DNA of 64,000 nucleotides from Chrysemys picta bellii (Eukaryota): contig NC_088791.1 of the NCBI RefSeq assembly GCF_011386835.1, positions 352,284,001 through 352,348,000 on the forward strand. Direction: 5' to 3'. The notes below the pieces were generated by a model that was not told the origin of the DNA, did not search any database, and saw only the letters and a list, made by a program, of their open reading frames with translations. How positions within the stretch are numbered: position 1 is the stretch's first letter; every line of letters starts with the position of its first letter. A program made the position numbers and the translations under genes. Shown here in pieces: positions 60,583-64,000 of the stretch.

Positions 60583-61716
60583 ATGGTTACAGCTACCCTG
60601 GGAGCCCAGGCTGCCGTGGGGATTCCTAGACTCTCCATCTTCTCTGGGGATGTGCCCTGACGGGCAGAGACATAGGCTAGGGCATTCTCTTGTCCCCCTT
60701 GCCCAGGGCAGATGGAGGATCTGCGGCTCCTCACAGAGGCTCTGGTTCCCTGATGAGCTCTTTCCATGGCCTGGCTCTGGCTTCTTCCTGGACAGGGGGT
60801 GGAGCTTCAGTAGAAGACGAGGAGCAGGGAGTGGGACCTCAAGGGGGAGAAAGGGGTCAGGGTCACTGAGTGGATCTGGGTCCCGGCCTGTGTCCCACTT
60901 TTACCTTTTGAAAGGTACACTCAATGTGCTGGGCTGGGATAGGAGCTAGCTGGGGCAGCACAAATAGAGCGCACGGGGAGGGAACCTAGGCCTGAGTCTC
61001 TTACCAGGACTCCTGTGTGTCAGACCATTACTCACACATGCAGCTCTGCCCTGCCTCAGTGGGGAGTGGACTGAGCAGATGTGCTGTGTGCAAAGCCATT
61101 AATGGAGGGGTTGCCTGAATGGTTTCTCCCGGCGCTCCTCTGTTAATCATGTCCCTGACACCACTCAGTCTCAAGCACCGGACTGAGTGTGCAGGGGAAC
61201 TCTCAGTGACCATGCCCCTTGAATAGCCCCGGTCCCCAGCTGGTGCAGTACCCATGGGTCATGCTGAAGTCAGAAATGGCCAGGACTGCTACAGCAGAAC
61301 AGCTCTGCAGCTTTTTTCATAGTCCTTGGATGTTTAGCCAGACATGGGACAGTGACAAGCCAGGTGTCATGGGAAACAGCATCCACATCCCCTCTCTTTA
61401 TTCACTATTAACAGATATTGTGGGGTCGAAGTGGCCACGAATATGGCTCTTTTTGGGCCAACATCCCACGGATCCCCAGGCTCTCCACAAAAAGTCGCTC
61501 TGTAAATGCTGATGGCTGCCTTCGTCTTCCTCCCCCATTGTCCAGTCTTCCTTCACAATCCCTGTCCCCACTCATCAGCCCTAGATGCTGTTTGAACCTC
61601 TCTATATAGTGGAGATCAGTAACTCATGTCATCTCGGGTGCAAAGGTCCAGGACAGAATAGGTGGCCCATGTTTTTCGTCTCCCATGTCACTGGACCAAG
61701 GTGGTGAACTGACCCT

Positions 61717-62652
61717 TCACTTCATGAATACCCTGATTATCCTCACGCGAAGGTGTTTGCTTTTCACACTGTACACAATTGGGTTCATCAGCGGGGGGAG
61801 AAGCAGGGAGATGTAGCCCAGGACAATCTGAAGTAAGGGATGAAAGCCCTTCTCAAAGCTGTGTACCACAGTCAAGCTGATCTCTGGTGTGTAGAAGAGC
61901 AGGAGGGCACAGAGGTGGGAGACACAGGTGTTCAGAGCCCTCAGGCACTCCTCGTGGGATCCGATGCTCAGCACTGTTTTGAGGATCATCACGTAAGAGA
62001 GGAAGATGAGCAGCGAGTCCAACCCCATTGTTAAGAGTTGAGTAAACAATCGATAGATGATGTTGACTGTGATATCTGAACAAGCCATGTTCATGACCTC
62101 CCGGTGCATACAGTAGGAATAGGAGAGGACATTGGCTCGACAGTAGTGGAACCGTTTCAGGAGAAAGGGAAGTGGAAGTATTATGACCATCGCTCTTAGC
62201 ACAGCCAGCAGTCCCATCTTGGCTATTCTCGGCAGGGTTAAGATGGAAGGATATCTCAGCGGGTTATAAATCGCGATGAAGCGGTCAAAAGCCATCAACA
62301 ACAGCAGAGAGGATTCAATGCAATGAAGCAAGTGGATGAAAAAGAGCTGGGCTAAACAGGCATCAAGGCTGATCTCCCTAGAGTTAAACAAATATATGCC
62401 CAGTATCGTTGGTATGGTGGTTATCAATATGCCAAGGTCTGTGACGGCCAACATGGAAAGGAAAATATACATGGGCTCACGGAGGCTTGGATCTGTTTTT
62501 ACAATGAACACAATGACTGAATTTCCTATTATTGAAATAACATACATGAAGCAGAATGGGATAGAAATCCAGAGATGTGCATCTCCATGACTCGGTAGCC
62601 CGGTGAAAAGGAATATTACAGATTTTAATTTGGTGTCATTGACAGCTGACAT
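61717..62652 (-). CDS. Class I olfactory receptor, OR51-like (311 aa), intact ORF
   Basis: Ungapped paralog of 51464..52399; MAFDRFIAIYNPLRY, RALNTCVSHL, PPLMNPIVYSVK. Confidence 0.92.
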   Translation of the reverse strand: MSAVNDTKLKSVIFLFTGLPSHGDAHLWISIPFCFMYVISIIGNSVIVFIVKTDPSLREPMYIFLSMLAVTDLGILITTIPTILGIYLFNSREISLDACLAQLFFIHLLHCIESSLLLLMAFDRFIAIYNPLRYPSILTLPRIAKMGLLAVLRAMVIILPLPFLLKRFHYCRANVLSYSYCMHREVMNMACSDITVNIIYRLFTQLLTMGLDSLLIFLSYVMILKTVLSIGSHEECLRALNTCVSHLCALLLFYTPEISLTVVHSFEKGFHPLLQIVLGYISLLLPPLMNPIVYSVKSKHLRVRIIRVFMK

Positions 62653-63952
62653 AATGTACTGGGAAGGTCCGAGGAGTTCTGCAATGTCCTTTCTAAATGA
62701 AAAGTAAGAGAAGATTAGTTGATATTTAGCAAGTAATCATTCTGCTCTCAGTGCAGGCCTACAGACTCCCAGACCTCAAGATAGATAAGCAAAACATACT
62801 CTAGGATTTACATGGATCTGATTAGTCAGACAGGATCGGACTTGTAGTCTATCTACCCCAGTAACCAGTTGCCATGTCCAGATACTTCAGATGAGGTAGA
62901 AGAAGCCCTGAAATAGACAGCTATGAGATAACAGATAACCTGCTCCCAGGGTGTTTCCCCCTGATACCCACTAGTTAGAAATACTTAGTGGTGTAAATCA
63001 GGAAGGTTTAGAGCCTCTCCAAAAGTTTTTAAAAACAATCCTCTACTGTAATTGGATTTTCAGATTACTCAGTCCCCCTTGGAATCCTGCTAAGCTCTTG
63101 GCCACATTGATATCTTGTGGCTGTGAATTCCACAGCCTACTTGAATACTGTATGATTTTACTATTATGACCTTAGAACATACAAACATAAGAGTGGCCAT
63201 ACTGGGTGAGACAAAAGGTCCATCTGTCTTCGACAGTGGTTTATACCAGGTGCCCCAGAGAGAATGGGGAGAACAGGTCATCATCAAGTGATCCATCACC
63301 TATGAATTTCTGTAGTACTCATTTGAACCCTGATACACCTTCACACAGACACCTTTTCTGGCTCTCCACTTCTGAGCATGGCCCCTTGTATCATGACATG
63401 TGTGTAAACATATGGCAAGATTATGGTGAAAACGGTCGTTGTATTTCTGTCCTGCAGTGAAGCTATTTTTAAATGTCTTTTATAGCTTCAGTATGTGAAA
63501 TATTTTTTTGTGTGCCCCTGACAGTACAGGTCATGCAGCTGCGTCTTTCCAGCATATGGGATACATTTTTAGGGTCAAGTTTTTAATTCAATAACAGTGA
63601 TATCAACTGCCTCCGGACAGACTTTCATGTGTAAATTCAATCAGAACCAGGCTCTATTAACTCACCCGTACCAAAAGCTTCCAGTGATATACTCTGGCCC
63701 CCAAGAAACCCTCCAAGAGAGGCTGAAGTGATTTGCATGGCCAATGTTGATGGAATGCAGAGACTTTGATCATCCTACAGGCTTCTCTTTATACCCCTGG
63801 GACCTGAATCCTCTGCCCATGCAACAGTCTGTAGATATTTGGAAAATTACAAGCTGACACTGACAGTTATTTCAGCTGGGCAGGAGAGGAGCTGGCATCG
63901 TAAATGGTCAGTACTTCAAACACGGGTATTGCACTAATATCCACTGAAGTGT

Positions 63953-64000
63953 ACAAAAAGAACAGGAATATGTGTGGCACCTTAGAGACGACCAAATTTA
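63953..64000 (-). mobile_element. Penelope family A 3' terminus running off the window
   Basis: aaaaagaacaggaatatgtgtggcaccttagagac is the reverse complement of the family A terminus. Confidence 0.7.

Larger units (their letters stand above)
58202..60591 (+). mobile_element. Solo LTR (LTR-A) with nested insertions
   Basis: tgtgatg...ggttaca; exact 5-bp TSD gctac at 58197-58201 and 60592-60596; inserted into a MITE. Confidence 0.8.
59820..63770 (-). repeat. Arm 2 of the inverted duplication
   Basis: Reverse complement of 50405-53612 plus the 653-bp LTR-B. Confidence 0.9.

Noticed and set aside
5515-60591. A full-length provirus or LTR retrotransposon
   Set aside because: The LTRs with readable TSDs are each bounded by their own TSD pair (solo LTRs), and no matching LTR pair encloses the Gypsy pol remnants.

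Overview
Repeat-dense vertebrate genomic DNA. The repeat families (CR1 subfamilies, tRNA-head SINE, Penelope termini, Harbinger) point to a turtle; this is inferred, not verified. The window is part of a class I olfactory receptor (OR) cluster with five intact single-exon ORs. Three are tandemly duplicated OR52-like genes (+; ATGs 11130, 17562, 35398). Two are OR51-like genes (51464 + and 62652 -) arranged tail-to-tail in a >3 kb inverted duplication. Almost everything else is transposon-derived: CR1 LINE fragments, Penelope-like elements with hammerhead-ribozyme-like motifs in their termini, a dead two-gene PIF/Harbinger element, Gmr1-type Gypsy remnants (integrase before RT), hAT fossils/MITEs, several solo LTRs with readable TSDs, one tRNA-derived SINE and a ~44-bp GC-rich minisatellite. 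Best leads: (1) both OR51-like proteins have lost the class I carboxylate-binding Arg6.59 (HRFG->HSFG/HSFE) and gained an Arg at the ECL2 position that is Gln181 in OR51E2, a possible counter-ion swap; (2) six minimal hammerhead motifs, two of them in Penelope hairpin inserts of the same design; (3) the OR52 trio carries E2.50/H3.39 at the OR sodium site; (4) the 5' and 3' transcript ends of the ORs may be supplied by transposons. No CRISPR, rRNA or genuine tRNA gene was found.
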